A stretch of DNA of 64,000 nt from Octopus vulgaris (Eukaryota), in contig OX597830.1 in NCBI GenBank assembly GCA_951406725.2, forward strand, positions 48,918,001 to 48,982,000, written 5' to 3'. The position numbers and the translations under genes are program-made. Of the stretch, positions 24,213-39,743 are shown piece by piece. The notes beneath the pieces were generated by a model. It made no database searches. It was not told where the DNA came from and saw only the letters and a list, made by a program, of their open reading frames with translations. Position 1 is the first letter of the stretch; each line of letters opens with the position of its first letter.

Positions 24213-27200
24213 GTATATATATGTATATACATGGTAAAATGTAATTAGAATTCAATCATTTGTAAGTGCTGCAATATATCCAGTTGCATCAGTTAAGGAA
24301 CATCCTGTAGACAGTTACCCCCCTTGAAACCAGTTGTCGCATCTGTTGGCCACTGGATGGCGCACGACGTGGTGATGCATTGTGGGAGGATTAAATCTAT
24401 AGCTTTTGGACGGTGCAACGATCAAACATAACCACGACTTATGTATATGAATACGAACGCACAGAAACTGCCTTTATCTCTCTCTATACAAAAACTGTAA
24501 TTTGCATACAGTATAAAGATTAAAACGATTTACGACCATATTTGCAAAATCTTATCGTCTTTTTATTCTTGTATTTGGGAGAATGTCATGAACGGAAAAG
24601 ATATAACTGTCTTTGTCGACAGAGTTAAAAAAAAGCATTTACCGAAACGGACACACCTATTTTTCCACAGACATTTTCATGCATATCACCACAACAAGCA
24701 CCTAACCCAACAAAACAAACAAATTGCAAAAATACTCCACAACAACCTCAGCACGTTCGGGAAGGTCGGTACGTTGGCCGGAAAGGCTATCAAAAACAAT
24801 TTCTATATGGCTTTCTGCCTCATGGTAACTGTTAAGGTGACACTCATGTGTTTTTCCAATTTCACATTCTTGTTACAAAAGCAAAAAAAAAAAAAAAAGA
24901 GAGAATAAAACCACACAGACATTTGTATATGTGCTGTTTCCTTGCACCAACTGTTTACTTGGACTCTACAATTTACATGTTACAGATACACCCACTGACA
25001 CACGCTATAGACATAATTATTGCTACATGTTATTGACATGTTGTTACATGTTACAAATATATTGTTTTCATTAAATGTCACAAACCAACTTGAAGGCAGT
25101 AACAATAACATAGATTCTTTTAATAAAAATTTAAGTCAATTTGGGTAAAAAGGGTGATTGTAAGTGATCTGTTCTCTGACTAGGGCCCGATATTCGATGA
25201 TTTTTGGAGGAAAAACAACGCAGCTTCCGGTGGCATTTCACTACATGCAAAGAGACGAAAGTAAACTTCATGTTAAAAAAATACAGCCCATCGACACACC
25301 TTTTCTAACAATTACTTCACCGACTTCAGAAAAATTTATTACTGACTCATCTGAATTACCAAAAAATTCTATTTTTGCATTCAATGATAATATCGATCTC
25401 CATATTTTATTGATATTTCTCGATTCAGAAAGATTAAAGCAAGTCCTATCCTGGTGTGATTTGATCTTAGAGCCTAAAGGATTGCGAAATAAATGCATTA
25501 GAAATTTTAACCATTCCTCCACAGTTTCTGCTATTCACCAATGTTCACATGAAAACAATTTATTGCTAAAATAATTAAAAATAGTTTTTAATTTCAATAA
25601 AAAACTCAAAACAAAAACGATTTCTTTTAATAGTTTAAATATGTTTCACTTCTAATCAATGAAATTAAATTTCCTCCTATAATGTTGAATAATAATCAAA
25701 TTAAAGCAGAATATTTTAAAAATTCCATGTCAATATAGTCTGAACTCTGGTATATATAATAGTAGAAAGTGGACTCCTCTTTTTAGCACGAAAAATCTGA
25801 CAGGCAAACTGGAGTACTGGTAATAGTTTTTCGTTATTTGATTGTCTCACTTCAGATGAAACATTTGAAATGTCATTCTTCATCGTTCGAGAAGGTTCTT
25901 AACGAAAATAGAACGCTAGGCTACTCCGTTTAACAGCACTTGAAACATATGAGGTATTTACGTAGATACATATATGTATGCACATGCATACAGACATAGA
26001 TATCCATACATACATGTATGCGTTTGTTAGGAGCGTGTAGGTGTGTATGTATGGTGCTTTGCAGGAACGAGTGTGTGAAGAACACGAAAGTAAACTAAAC
26101 ACAGTGGCAAAAATCAACTGTTTTAAATATCATTTGTGACGTCAATCGGCAAATATTGAAAATCTTTTGTTTCACAAGGAAATTCAAAATTGAATTACTC
26201 AGTCAGTTTCCAAATTCGTTTCCTTCAAGAATTAATGATTATTGTATTGTGAATTGTATATTTTTAGAAATCTCTTCTGCCTCATTCTACATATTCTTGT
26301 TGACATCGTCAGATACAAATAACTTGCTTTGTGACCGTTTTTTAATGCTAGAACAAGATGGTCAGTTATGGATTGAGGAGATTCAATAAAGACTGATATT
26401 AGTCCGCAAATTTACAAGAGAAATGTACAAAATGATAGATAGGTATTTATTATATTGATTTGGAGGCATTTTTTAACTAATACTCCTTTTTCTGAGACGG
26501 TTGTGGTACTAAGAGTACCAGTAAACGAATTATAAATTTAAAGGAGCGTAACTAACTGTTGCCTCACACATTAGCTATAGATTTCTACACACAGCTCCTC
26601 GGTCGATCAGACTTAGGACAACTACTGTGACATATTTAATCTATAAAAGACAGGTTTGTATATTAGTAACGAACCTAATTTGAAGAATTCATCTTTAAAT
26701 CTCAAAACTATCTCAAAGCAAAATGTGAATAATGTTATCAAAATGGCGATACGATTGAGTATTTGAAACTAGATTTTATTGAAGCTTATAGTTTGGGTTG
26801 TTGCCATGGAAATAGATCTGCTTTTACGAGAGTAACGATTTCCTCTCTACTGAAACAGGTCTCCACTCGAATGTCTGTATTCAATCATCCCTTTGATATT
26901 CCTTCTCTTTCATTCATTTTCAAACACCGTCCAAGATTAGGGTACATTGTTCAGGTAGTTAATAGAAATAGTTCCATATTGAGAGATACATTGTTCATAT
27001 AGTTAGCAAATAGTTCTGGATATAGAGGTACATTGCTCAGAGAGAGTTCCGTATCTAGAAGTGGAATATGAAATTCCTTAGTTTATTGGTGTAAGAAAAA
27101 AACCCCATCATTTTCAAGGTATTGTTCTAGAACAAATGCGTATAAATATGAAGATTATGGATTGTCAAGAAGCACTCAATCTTCTGCGACTGTGTGCGTC

Positions 27201-27407
27201 GTTCAAATCCTGACAGTGGCATCATTAGGAGAGGGATGGCTTTTACCAAACGTACATGTCAAAGATACATTTCACCAAGATGCAGTTTATGCTACATAAT
27301 AGATAAAGCAATAGAAAAAGAAAGACCGATGCCATTATACAATTCTGCAATTTTTTTCCATGGCAATCACATAGGATTTCTGATTTAATATAAATGACAA
27401 AAATAAA

Positions 27408-27640
27408 GGCGGCGAGCTGGCAGAGACGTTAGCACGCCGGGCGAAATGCGTAGCCGTATTTCGTCTGCCGTTACGTTCTGAGTTCAAATTCCGCCGAGGT
27501 CGACTTTGCCTTTCATCCTTTCGAGGTCAATAAATTAAGTACCAGTTGAGTATACTGGAGTCGATGTAATCCACTTAATCCGTGTGTCTGTCCTTGTTTG
27601 TCCTCTCTGTGTTTAGCCCCTTGTGGGTAGTAAAGAAATA
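27408..27640 (+). mobile_element. SINE family B, full length, with ~20-bp TSD
   Basis: GGCGGCGAGCTGGCAGA...GAGTTCAAATTCC...GCCTTTCATCCTTTCG.GGTC (Meta-domain-like). TSD ATATAAATGAC(A/C)A(A/G)AATAAA at 27388 and 27640. Confidence 0.92.
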
Positions 27641-29543
27641 TATAAATGACCAGAATAAAAACAACTGCAATAAAAACAGAGGAAGACTGTAGAATAAATA
27701 ATCTTGCAAGTAGATCCTTTCAAATTGTTTTGATTCTCTGATGTAATTGTGTCACCTCTTTATATGTCCTAACACCTTTAGTAAAGGTTAGCACGTCCCA
27801 GTTATTGTTTTCTCCTTCCCTAGAAGGGAAGAAACTGAATAATCTATTGATTTCGGTCGACATCCCTGACTATTCGAGAATAAAATAAGAAATTTGAATG
27901 TCTGTCTCTAATTTTTCATGTAGGAAATAAATAACATGTTCATTAGTTTATGATTATATAAAGCTACTTCAAAGAGTAGAGTAAAAATGTTAACGTATTT
28001 GCATAAAGTCATAGAAGCAGTAATATGTAAATTTCTCTGAACTAAAATTGAACTATAGTAGCAAACAAATTTAAAATGATTTTCTAGAGAAATACTTTAT
28101 AAATGGCAATAAAGAAGAGTTGAGTTATGAGGGAAAATCGATCTGAAATATATTTTATACCGAAAAATATAATGAAACATTAAAAAGAAAGATGATAATG
28201 TAAGGTTAAAATACATTAAAGCTAAATTAATTGACGAAAGAAATTGTTCAGATCAATATTATTTTGAAGTGAAAATTATGGTTAACTTTTTCATAGACAT
28301 TTCTCAAATAGTTTATAATGCTATAAAAATAGTAATTTACATATGAAATGTTTTTGTAAGAGAAATTTGAGTTAAAGAGCTGAAAAACGTCAGTAAAAAC
28401 AAAAGACTTGTAGAAACCATGATTTTCTGTAAGGGAAGACTTCACAAGAAACATTTGAAGGGAACTGATAGAAATAGTTTCAAAACGAGGATCAATGAAA
28501 ATACTCGCCTTGAAATTACGATGGGCAAATACGCAGACGAACCGACAGACGAACGGTTGTTATTGATCTCTCTTGAACTGCTTAGAATGGAACTGACTTT
28601 GAGCACACCACACACAATTCACTGCCCCGACCAAGACGTTCATCCTAGCCTGGGTCAAATAGACCTATCCCACGATCAGTAATAACTTAGCCAAGTTTCC
28701 TTCAGCTGACCAAACGCAATCAACAGTTTTATGCAATAATGTCGAAAAGATCTGTCGAAAAGAAAAAAAAAACTGTCGGACCCTTCAACTTCATAACACA
28801 AAATTCGAGTATCGTTCACGAAGTTTTACTGCATTTAATCTAATTTTCACTTTAAAAATTCTCAGTAAATGTAATTTCGTAAAATATATAAGATTAAGAA
28901 ATAGCTTTCTACAACAGTTTAAATTTTCTTTTAGAAAATTATAACACATTCTTTGCAATGAGAATAGGCTATAATTTAAATTTAATAGCATCTGAAATAA
29001 TTTGTATTTATTATTTTCTTAAGAATAGGAAGGATATAGTAGAGCATAGTGCATATAACTACTAGCATTGTTTTGTAAATAAGGAAGCAGAAGCGATAAA
29101 AATTAGCGTAAATGAAGTGCATTCAGAATTACGAAAAAAAAAAAAAAAATTAAATGGCAGCCCTGTGTGGAAAATAAACCACCCTAATCTTTTATTGAGT
29201 GGAAATAGAAGAAAATTATTATGCCTCCCACGAGTAGAGAAACACAACTTAGCCAAAAGTTCTTATATAAATCTCTCACAGACTTTATGCTTTGAAACTG
29301 CGTTAATTAAAGGTAAGGCAAAACCCAGAAATATATTATATAATTTATTTGTCATCAGACAAGGTTATTAGCTAATATTATGTTATAAGATCAATGGCTT
29401 CACACCAATGAATCATAGGAGGACTTGTACAGGACGCCTGGTTCTGTATACAGCTAGCCACTGATTTGTTTGCGTGCAATATTAACTTTCCCTTCTGACT
29501 GTTGTCATTTCTTATGAAGTATTACTGATATACAAGGGTCGGC

Positions 29544-29597
<54 letters not shown>

Positions 29598-29626
29598 TAT
29601 AATAATACTACTACTAATAATAATAA

Positions 29627-30005
29627 TCCTTTCTACTATAGGCACAAGGCCTGATATTTAGGGGAGGGGACTAGTCGATTACATCGACCCTAGTACTTGA
29701 CTGGTACTTAATTTATCGACCCCGAAAGGATGAAAGACAAAGTCGACCTCGGCGCAATTTGAACTCAGAACATAAAGACGAGCGAAATACCGCAAAACAT
29801 TTTGCCTGACGAGCTAACGATTCTGCCAGCTCGGCGCCTTAAAAAAATAATTTATTTTATAGGCACAAGGCCTAAAATTTTGGGTGGAGGGACTAGTCTA
29901 TTATATCAGTCCTAGTGCTCAGTAGGTACTTATTTTATCGACCCTGAAAGAATGAAAGACAAAGTGTAAGTCTTCGGCGTAATTTGACTTCAGAATGTGG
30001 AGAGT
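29627..30005 (-). mobile_element. Two tandem SINE family B variants with (ATT)n tails
   Basis: Both carry GGCACAAGGCCT...TCGACCC.GAAAG.ATGAAAG.CAAAGT. Confidence 0.85.
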
Positions 30006-31459
30006 CGGAAAAAAAATGATATTGATAATAGTGGTGGTCGTGGTGGTCGTGGTAATGATAATATTAAAGATATTTGTAACTGATCTGCCTGTTATTGTAA
30101 TCACTGTACTTTCAAAGAAAGAGATAAACGATTTAAGGTTTTCATTAAGCTGTAACAATATATTTGTAGTATAAATACCAGCAACAACAATAGCTTTAAC
30201 TCTATCAACAACAATAACAACAGCTACAACAAAGGCTTCACGAAAGACGCATCAAAAGCAGTGAAGTAATATCTTCCTTTTCCATAATCTCCCAAAGATT
30301 TTGGTATCTATTAATAAAAGTAATAATAAATAAACATATTTTGTGGTATTATCATCACAATTATCATTATCACCATCGTCATAATGATTAGTGTTGTTAT
30401 TTGCAATTTATTGTTTGTGTTTTCGAAAGTTTGGTGAGAGATTACCGGCGCCGCAGCGGCAGGTTCCCTTCTGTGCCTGCAACTTTGTCTTTTGTTGTTT
30501 GGCTTTTGTTTTAGTCTTTTATATTTTCTATTATTGTACTGGAGGTGATGGTTGATGGTTGAGATTTTACGAAATCACCTCCGTTTCTTTGTAGTAGAAT
30601 ACCTACTGAAGTTGTATTAGTTTTTGTAGAATTATGTAACTGTATGAACACACTGATGAAACTACAGAATAGCAAGAGATGCCCTTAACCAATATATATA
30701 TATTACGCCTCCATATATATATATATATAATATTATTTTGTGTTACTTTACGGGAAAATGTATAGTGTATTTCCTATGTGTGATGCAATACAAGTTGTGG
30801 ATTAGATCTACAGGCATGCAATTTCCGGCAGCCGGATTTGTATGTGATGCTTGCTGAGCAAAAAGAGTGTCTCCTTCCAAACTTATTCAGTCCCCGAGCA
30901 TTGTTTTGTGTAATGAAATGTTGATATGTTACTACAGTGGATAGGACGGATCCGGTTATCGGCCGAGTCAAACAAGATTTCTCAGCCACCGACAGTTTCA
31001 TCTAAGTGATTATGGCGAAAGAGATAGGAAGATGAATGAAATGTAAAGAAATGAAGTTCAAAACGACTTTGATTTCTGACCAAGCCAACCTCTTCATGCT
31101 CCATTTGAAGAGGAAGGCGGACAGTGGAGAGAAAATTGCTGCACTGCAGTAAATATTGTAGCAGATAGGTGATTATTGAGTTAGTTGAATGGGTTTGCTT
31201 TGAATCGGTGGGCTGAAGGTTGGACATCACAACTGAATGAGGAAAGGGGGCCTATGTAGTTAGGGTAACCTGCGATATGGGCGGATCCCTTTATAGGTCC
31301 CAGCGTGGTGTTCTCGTTTTGTAACATAAACGCAATATTATTTCACATTTGCTTCTAGGCATTGTTTCCCCTCTTCTACATTTCGTGTACTGTTTCCATC
31401 ACACATTCCATATATTGTCAATGCCCCTACATTTTCTGACCACCAGTAAACTGTTAGCA

Positions 31460-32190
31460 GCGTGTATCTAGCGCCATTGCAATGGTTGTCATGAGGTCTA
31501 TTTCAGAGAAGCGGTACTGAAGCACCTGTCTTGATGCTGATGATGTGAAAGGGTGGGTCACTGATTAAAAAAGTCCATGAGAGGAACAACTTCCTTTTCT
31601 TCTCTTATAGGCTCTACGCCTCTCTGTGCAATCAAACAGCTGGGAAGCTTATTCGTGGTTGATCTCGGAGTTGAAAACGTTGTTATTGTTGAGATATTAG
31701 CTCTTGAAGATTAGTTTCCGTAGTGCTTGGACCGCATAAATAGTAAGAATCGTCAGTCGTCAACATTTAATATTTATGAACGGACTCGAGAAAATAATTT
31801 AACAGACAAGGTCAACTTGCATTCTGTTCTCCACACGGTCCACGTATTCAATGTTTTTTGATCAACAGTGCATGTATTTGAAATTGAAAAGTTCACAAGA
31901 AGCAAATTTGTCAATTTCTTCCCAAGTACTGTGAATGTTTTCCAGTATGTAAAGAAAATAATCTAATTTCTGGAAATCAGTTGAGCTCGCATGTGCCATT
32001 AAGTTTTCCCAAAAAACGCCAGATTTGAAATCTTATCGAAGTTGCTATCGCTTCAGTTTGAAAACACGTGTCGTTGTAAGTGAACGATGTTTTCGGCGGT
32101 TTGAATTCTCTTATAATTTCTTCCCACTTTGGATTGCAAATAAATGTCATAAATGTTAGATTTCCAAATTTCTTTATCTTAACCAATATA
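31460..32190 (-). mobile_element. Helitron RepHel pseudogene fragments
   Basis: Minus strand gives Rep motifs FMTFICNPKWEEI, RVFKLK, DFQK, IDKF, GPCG and a Pif1-type helicase motif (HIISIKTGASV.LL.N...CNGARY). Confidence 0.8.
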
Positions 32191-32227
32191 CTCCATTAGT
32201 GTTTTGTTATCTCCCTGTCTCTCTCTC

Positions 32228-32322
<95 letters not shown>

Positions 32323-32781
32323 CGAACTGCATGTCAATGTATTTGTGAAAATGCATCGCTTTCTTCGTTTATCTAGATCGATCCGTATAACTTCAATGAT
32401 CGTATCACTCAGCCTATTACACTGGGTCTGCTCACAGGGCCTGTTGGTTGTTTAAACATACTGTAATAATGAAAACTGGATTTTGATACATTAATCTACA
32501 CGAAGCTGTTGGAATAAACGGTGTCCCTGATGTCATATATTTGATTCAGCTTCCTTCTTTATCAGAAAATAAGTGTTTAGTACGAACCTTTTACTGAAGC
32601 TTTGAGTTATGAAATAGACTTTTCAAATATTCTGAAACTCTTTGTAAAAAGACAACCAGGAGGAAAATAACGTCCAAAGTGGGGCACTGTGATACGTCAT
32701 CTCTCATAGCAAGAAACATTAATAAAAGGAATACATTTTAACAGTTCTCTTCGTAGGTACATGAATACATACGCCTCGAGT

Positions 32782-32828
<47 letters not shown>

Positions 32829-32857
32829 TATGAACAATATAAAGTTACATTCAATAC

Positions 32858-33035
32858 CTCTTTCTTTACTACCCATAAGGGGCTAAACACAGAGAGGACA
32901 AACGAGGACAGACAAACGGATTAAGTCGATTACATCGACCCCAGTGCGTAACTGGTACTTAATTTATCGACCCCGAAAGGATGAAAGGCCTCGGCAGAAT
33001 TTGAACTCAGAACGTAATGGCAGACAAAATACGGC
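32858..33035 (-). mobile_element. SINE family B, 5' truncated, with 12-bp TSD
   Basis: TSD TACATTCAATAC at 32846-32857 and 33036-33047. Confidence 0.9.
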
Positions 33036-33071
33036 TACATTCAATACTTGGTGTGTGTGTATGTGAATGGA

Positions 33072-34410
33072 CGAGGATGGGCTGAAAAGTTCATAGGCTG
33101 ATTATGAAGGAGTGATGCTAGAGCTGCGAAGTCTTGCATGCGTTCATTTTAACTCTACTTATTAATAACTGCATAGCTTCTCTCCCGGTAAACTGACCTC
33201 TGACTCTTCAAAGGAGACTTCAAATGCAGCTAGTAGCGACTATTCTTCAAAATGGACAATGTGGTATTGTGTTGTTATCAAGTACCTGCAGCAAAAGGGT
33301 TCAGCCCCCCCCAAAATTTCATGCTGATACGGTGGTTACATTAGGGCAGGACGCTCCAGCTTTATCAGCTGTGCAAAAGGGGGCAGCTGGATTTAGAAGA
33401 GGAACAGAAAGTCTTAAAGATCACCCAAGGTTTGGACGGCCTGTAACTCTCACCAACAAAGATAACAATGATCATGTTATGTTCACCTCATGGTGATGGA
33501 TGACAAACGATTGATATGAATAAAATAGCCAATGTTATAAGTATATCCAATGAGAAAGAATATTTTGCACAATTTGGCAAGTTGAAGGTTTCTGCCACGT
33601 CTTCTGATACCTGCTCAAAAGCGCACGGGGAAATCTGACATAGTTTGAGGCAGATCCAGCTAGTTTCCTTTAACGTTTCCGAACCCAAGATGACTGATGG
33701 GTCCATCACATTCAGTGAGAAACAGAAGCAATCCATGGAGTGAAAACACCCCTCCTCACCTGCTCCAAAGAAAACCAAAGTCGTTTCATCTGTAGGGAAG
33801 GTAATGGCCTCAGTCTTTTGGGCAGCAATGGAGTATAGTATGCCAACTTACTGAGGCAGTTACAAAAGGCTATCAAAACCAAACACCCACAAAAACTGAC
33901 GAAAGGGATCTTTTTCACCAGATCAATGCTCCCGCGCACAAGTCACTGGTTTCAATGGGTGCAGTGTGTGACTGTGCTTTGAACTAGCTGATAACCTCCT
34001 CGCCCCTATTCTCTTGATTTGGCCCTGCTGACTATCATCTGTTCCTCAATATGAAAAGACACTTTAACTGGAACCAGTACCACAGTGATGATGATGTCAT
34101 ATCTACTATCGATGACATTGTTTGATCAACAGAATGAAACCTGGCTGATCACCCTCCTGATTTAGTCCAATCTGCCTATCGTCTGTTTCTCAACATGAAA
34201 ATGCACTTGTCTGGGATATGACGTCATATCTGCTGATGATGACTTTAACTAACAGGATGAAAGCTTTTTCACTAATGAGATCCAAGCACTGCAACTCCGA
34301 TGGAAGAAGTGTGTGGGCCGCAAGGAGGTCTATGTTCAAAAATAAACCTCATTTAGTCGCATTCCATGAAAATATCTCGATCACCTTATGGACTTTTGAG
34401 CCGCCCCTCG
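33072..34410 (+). mobile_element. Mariner transposon, full length but degenerate
   Basis: TIRs CGAGGATGGGCTGAAAAGTTCATAGG and CCTTATGGACTTTTGAGCCGCCCCTCG|TA; transposase relics DHPRFGRP, TQD..W, HQ.NAPAH and PYS.DLA..DYHLF. Confidence 0.88.
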
Positions 34411-34464
34411 TATATCTATAATTGCATACACACATATATCTACACACACACAGATACACACAGG

Positions 34465-34495
<31 letters not shown>

Positions 34496-34599
34496 CCACA
34501 CACCCACACCCACACACACACACACACAGATACACACAGGCTAACACACATCCTACACAACATTCATACACGCTCGCACATACATACATATAAACATAC

Positions 34600-34674
<75 letters not shown>

Positions 34675-35454
34675 TGTGTGTGTAAAAGTTGTCTGCGCAG
34701 TACCTTGAAAGGTATCTTATAATACACACTGACGAAAACAAACGCGTTAACAACTTGACTAACTGCACAATAAGGATACAGATTACAACACCACTAGCAC
34801 CAGCACCAGCACACTGCCTCCACCAGCAACACTACCACCCACCCACGCACTTCTCCCCCAACTCACCTCTCCACCAACTCACCCCTCCACCATCTCACCT
34901 CCTTACCAACGAAAACATCAACATTAATATTAATATCCAATGAAAATAGAATAAATAATTCAAAGAATGGCAAGTTTTTCAAAATGTTTTTTTTTTTCGT
35001 CGAAGAGCAAAATGCAAAAAAATTTTCATTGAAAACAGCAAATAAAACCAGAAATTGTATTTCTGTTCCATCTTCTGTTACTTCCAACTGACTGAATATC
35101 ATGTAGGGCTATTGTTAAAAGAAAAAGGCGGGAGATGCCTGCAATCGACTGAAATTATAAAATGGTTAAGAGAATTCGTTTAGAATGCGGAATGTGAATT
35201 CTGAAATATTTTAGTAATATGAATCTAGAACAGTTTCTCAATGTTTGTTTGTATCGTATTGTTTCTCTTTTTTGTTTTTTGAAAAAATGTCAAAGAAGGA
35301 ACCAGATGACGTGAAAAAAGGGCCAACATATATTTTTATTGGAATGCCAATCTTGCGTTTGTCGACATACATATGCGTACATGTATGTGTGAGTAAATGC
35401 AAAGGCACACACATATACGCACACAGACGTCGATATATGTATATATACACACGT

Positions 35455-35488
<34 letters not shown>

Positions 35489-36770
35489 ATAAATATTAGG
35501 GAATAAATCCAAATTTACAGGGAAAAAATCGAAATAATATTATATATATATATATATATATATTTGTATGTATAGACATATCGATATGTGTATATATATA
35601 TTTTATATATATATACACATGTGGATACGTAAATATAATATGTGGATATGTGTATATATATATACACATGTATATATATGTATGTATTTATATACACATG
35701 TGAATATATATATGTACATTTCTATATATAGGTATATATATATATGTATATGTATATATATATATATGTATATATGTAATGTGTGTGTCAGTGTGTAAGT
35801 ATCTATGTACATATGTATTATATATATACGCACACATACATATTCTCTCTCACAAATATACAGCCCCTCACACACATTATCTATCCGTGTGTGTGTGTGT
35901 ATGCATGTAGTTGCCTGCACAAGGACAAATACAAAAGAAATACACTTCAAAAATCTGTAAACGTAGAAGAAATAATCCCCAAAAGATGAAAAGAACTTAT
36001 AAAAATCTAGAAATCTCCAAAGGCCTTTTTTTCATTTGATGAATCGATTTTTCTCCTCTTTTATCTGTTCTCCTGTCTGCCCCTCCCCCACCTCATTATC
36101 ATCATCATCATCATTATCGTGATGATCCAGTTTGTCTTATTTTTCTTTGCTACAGAATATAGTTGTATCACGTGATTGGAAGCGACATAGCGAATGACAT
36201 ATTTAAAGTTTGACCCATACCCTCACTCAATTATGCATTATGATTGGTTAGTTTTTACGTTCTAAAATTCAATAGATCGCTGTCGATTTAGACGATGAAT
36301 TAGCTTGTAAATGGCTGAGTATTTCAGACAGGTGTACCTATTAGGGTAATTAAGTATAATCAGCGTGACAGTGGAAAAATTGGGACGTTGAATTAATGGG
36401 ACAATTCATATGATGGGCTTCTGCACAGTTTCCTACAATCCACTGTCACCGACAAAGCTTGGGTCAATCTAAGGCTGTAGTAAAATCCCTTGCCTACGAT
36501 GCCAAGCAATGGGCTTGAATCTGTTGCTTAACAGCCACGTTGCCTCTACAGAGTTGCACCCTACAACTACACACAAGCCTGTGGCTAAAACACACCTGCA
36601 CTAAAACACGATCGCGAACCGAGTACTCCTAATCACTAAACCATGCACCTTCACTTACAGAGACAAATATATACACACATGTGTATGTGTATGTGTATGT
36701 ATATGTATACACACACATGTATATATACACGCACATATATATATATGTGTGTATATATATGCACACACAC

Positions 36771-36815
<45 letters not shown>

Positions 36816-37706
36816 TACATACACATATGTATATACACATGGATACACACATAATCGTAATTAAAACTGCATCCTCTCTGTCTGAGATTACAATTAAGAT
36901 TAATTTATTACCAAAATGAATGAAAATTAGGTCTTAGATCCGACAGAATTGCATTCGTTGAACAATTCGGTCTAGACAGTCATTTAAAAGAATTTTAGGC
37001 GTTTAACGTACAGCAGTTTTTGTTCTCTCTAGAATTTGAAGAAAAGAAATATTGCGAATGAGTGATGCCATCAGTCTCGATAAACCATTATCAAAAATAT
37101 GATTTATTTCATTAGAAAAAAGCCTAAAATCACGAGGAGGGTTATAATTAAATAGAATTTTTTAAATGGATTAAATGACACTGAACTACATAGCTAATAC
37201 CGTTTTGCTGACTTCACAGGAAAGAGGAAAGAAGAGTAAAATCTTCTTTAACGTAACCAAATACCGAACTCTTATTGCTTCTGTTCTCTTGACAACCCTT
37301 ACGTTTAAATAGTTCTCGAAATTTTCCATAGACTTCGAATTTAACGCAGCTGGAACGTTAAATACTCACTACTCCACCATTTTCTAGGTTTTCAGATAAT
37401 ATATGATAAAAATCTTTTATTTATATTCTTACTGTCAAACAGCAATATTCATTATCGAGTTACATGAAGAAGACAGAAGTCATTTAAACACCCTGCCACT
37501 TTGTCATTGTCAAGTACCATACAACTATGACAGGGGGTTATGGAAACTCACCTTCTTCGTTGATTATCTATTAGCTGGTTATCTGGTTTACAGAGGAAAA
37601 ATTCTTTTAAAAAAAGTCGCTCACGTTAATTATTAAATTCTCGGCGTTTGAAACAGACAAATACTGCACTTCATATCTGTACGATTATAACAGCCCTCTA
37701 ACATTT

Positions 37707-37792
<86 letters not shown>

Positions 37793-38299
37793 TAGATAGA
37801 TATATATTACACACGTTCTGAGGCGAGGAACTTGTCAAATATATGTATATTGTCTCCTAGAATAGATTATATTGCGTAAATTGTTGATTTTACCAGAAGG
37901 TGCGTGGGACACTTGAATCGACGAAATATTTCAAGTGGAAAGATAATTAGTTGACAGGTAATATTTGAATTAAAATTTATCGGACAAACTGGCTCCACAA
38001 AAGTAAATGTATTTCCAGAGAGCATTATTTAGTATTCAGGTAGGCAACTTTCTACAATGATATTTTGGGAAAAGTTGTTTTGCAATAAATGCCCAGAAGA
38101 TCAGTTTTCTAAGATAAACAAACTTTGGTTAATAGGATTTAATATACATATGTCTTCATGACATATTATTTATTTCCGTCTATCTTAGCGCCATCTTGAT
38201 ATGGTTATCAGGTATTAGGGCAAAAGATTCGAATTATTCTGTGCGTGTGATTTAATATGCATGCTCAGAAGAATATGCATATGTACATATAAATACTAG

Positions 38300-38505
38300 T
38301 TTCAAATTTTGGCACAAGGCCAGAAAGTTCGAGGGAGCAACCTTGTCGATTACATCGATCACCGTACTTAACCGGTACTTATTTTATCGACACCGAAAGG
38401 ATGAAAGGTAAAGTCGACCTAGGCGGCATTTGAACTCAGAACGTAAAGACGGACGTTATGTCGCAAAGTATTTTGCCCGGAGCGCTAACGATTCTGCCAG
38501 CTCGC
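38300..38505 (-). mobile_element. SINE family B variant
   Basis: Same core as the 29627 copies. Confidence 0.85.
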
Positions 38506-38519
38506 ACATAAATATAATC

Positions 38520-38570
<51 letters not shown>

Positions 38571-38777
38571 TGTGTATAAGTTTGTAGTGTAATATAGGGA
38601 TTCCTATTATATCGCAGGAAGCTCCTCCAGCGGCCCCGGCTAGAGAAGTACATAGTAAACGAATGGAGAGGAATTATATATAGAGTTCTATGCAGTCGAA
38701 ATCCAAGAGATCCGATCAATGAAAATGTTTTATGAGAAGTATATAAACCATAAAATGTCAGGTGGTTTGAGGGGTGA

Positions 38778-39153
38778 ATCTCTCTCTATATAAACGGCAG
38801 TTTGTCTGTGCGTGTTTCTGTGTGTCTGTTTGCTTGTACCCTCACCCTGACCACAGCTTTCAACCGATTCTGATGAAACTTGACACACACATAGCCCAAT
38901 GTCATAATTCAAAACTAACGCAGCGAAAATTTTGAAAAGTTCCCCCAGTTCTGAAAAAATCGATAAATTCGACATGGGGTCGAGAATCAGAAACACGAAC
39001 CACAAACTGTCTAGGAGACGCAACTCCACCTTTTTTAAATCTCAAAAAAAAAATTTACCATCATTTTTTTCCATTTTTTTGCTATAACTCTCTAAAAATG
39101 CTTTATAGTTATTTTCCTTACAAACCTGAGCAACGCCGGGCGATACTGCTAGT
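38778..39153 (+). mobile_element. Non-autonomous Helitron-like element
   Basis: Starts ATCTCTCTCTATATAAAC and ends GAGCAACGCCGGGCGATACTGCTAGT; the 3' ~65 bp is shared with the 23127 element. Confidence 0.75.
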
Positions 39154-39164
39154 ATATTTATATA

Positions 39165-39660
<496 letters not shown>

Positions 39661-39666
39661 AAAAAA

Positions 39667-39743
39667 TAACCACTTGCCGTCCTTATGATTTCGATCGTTT
39701 ATGGCTGTGAAACGGCCGTAATCCTAAGGATGGTAAGTGGTTA
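39667..39743. repeat. Short inverted repeat (MITE-like, 34-bp arms)
   Basis: TAACCACTTGCCGTCCTTATGATT... pairs with ...AATCCTAAGGATGGTAAGTGGTTA, 6 mismatches, 9-nt spacer. Confidence 0.75.

Noticed and set aside
26760-28700. Faint PLE RT / GIY-YIG-like peptides (FVLEQYLENDGVF; SFKTRINE)
   Set aside because: Too degenerate to call without an HMM search.
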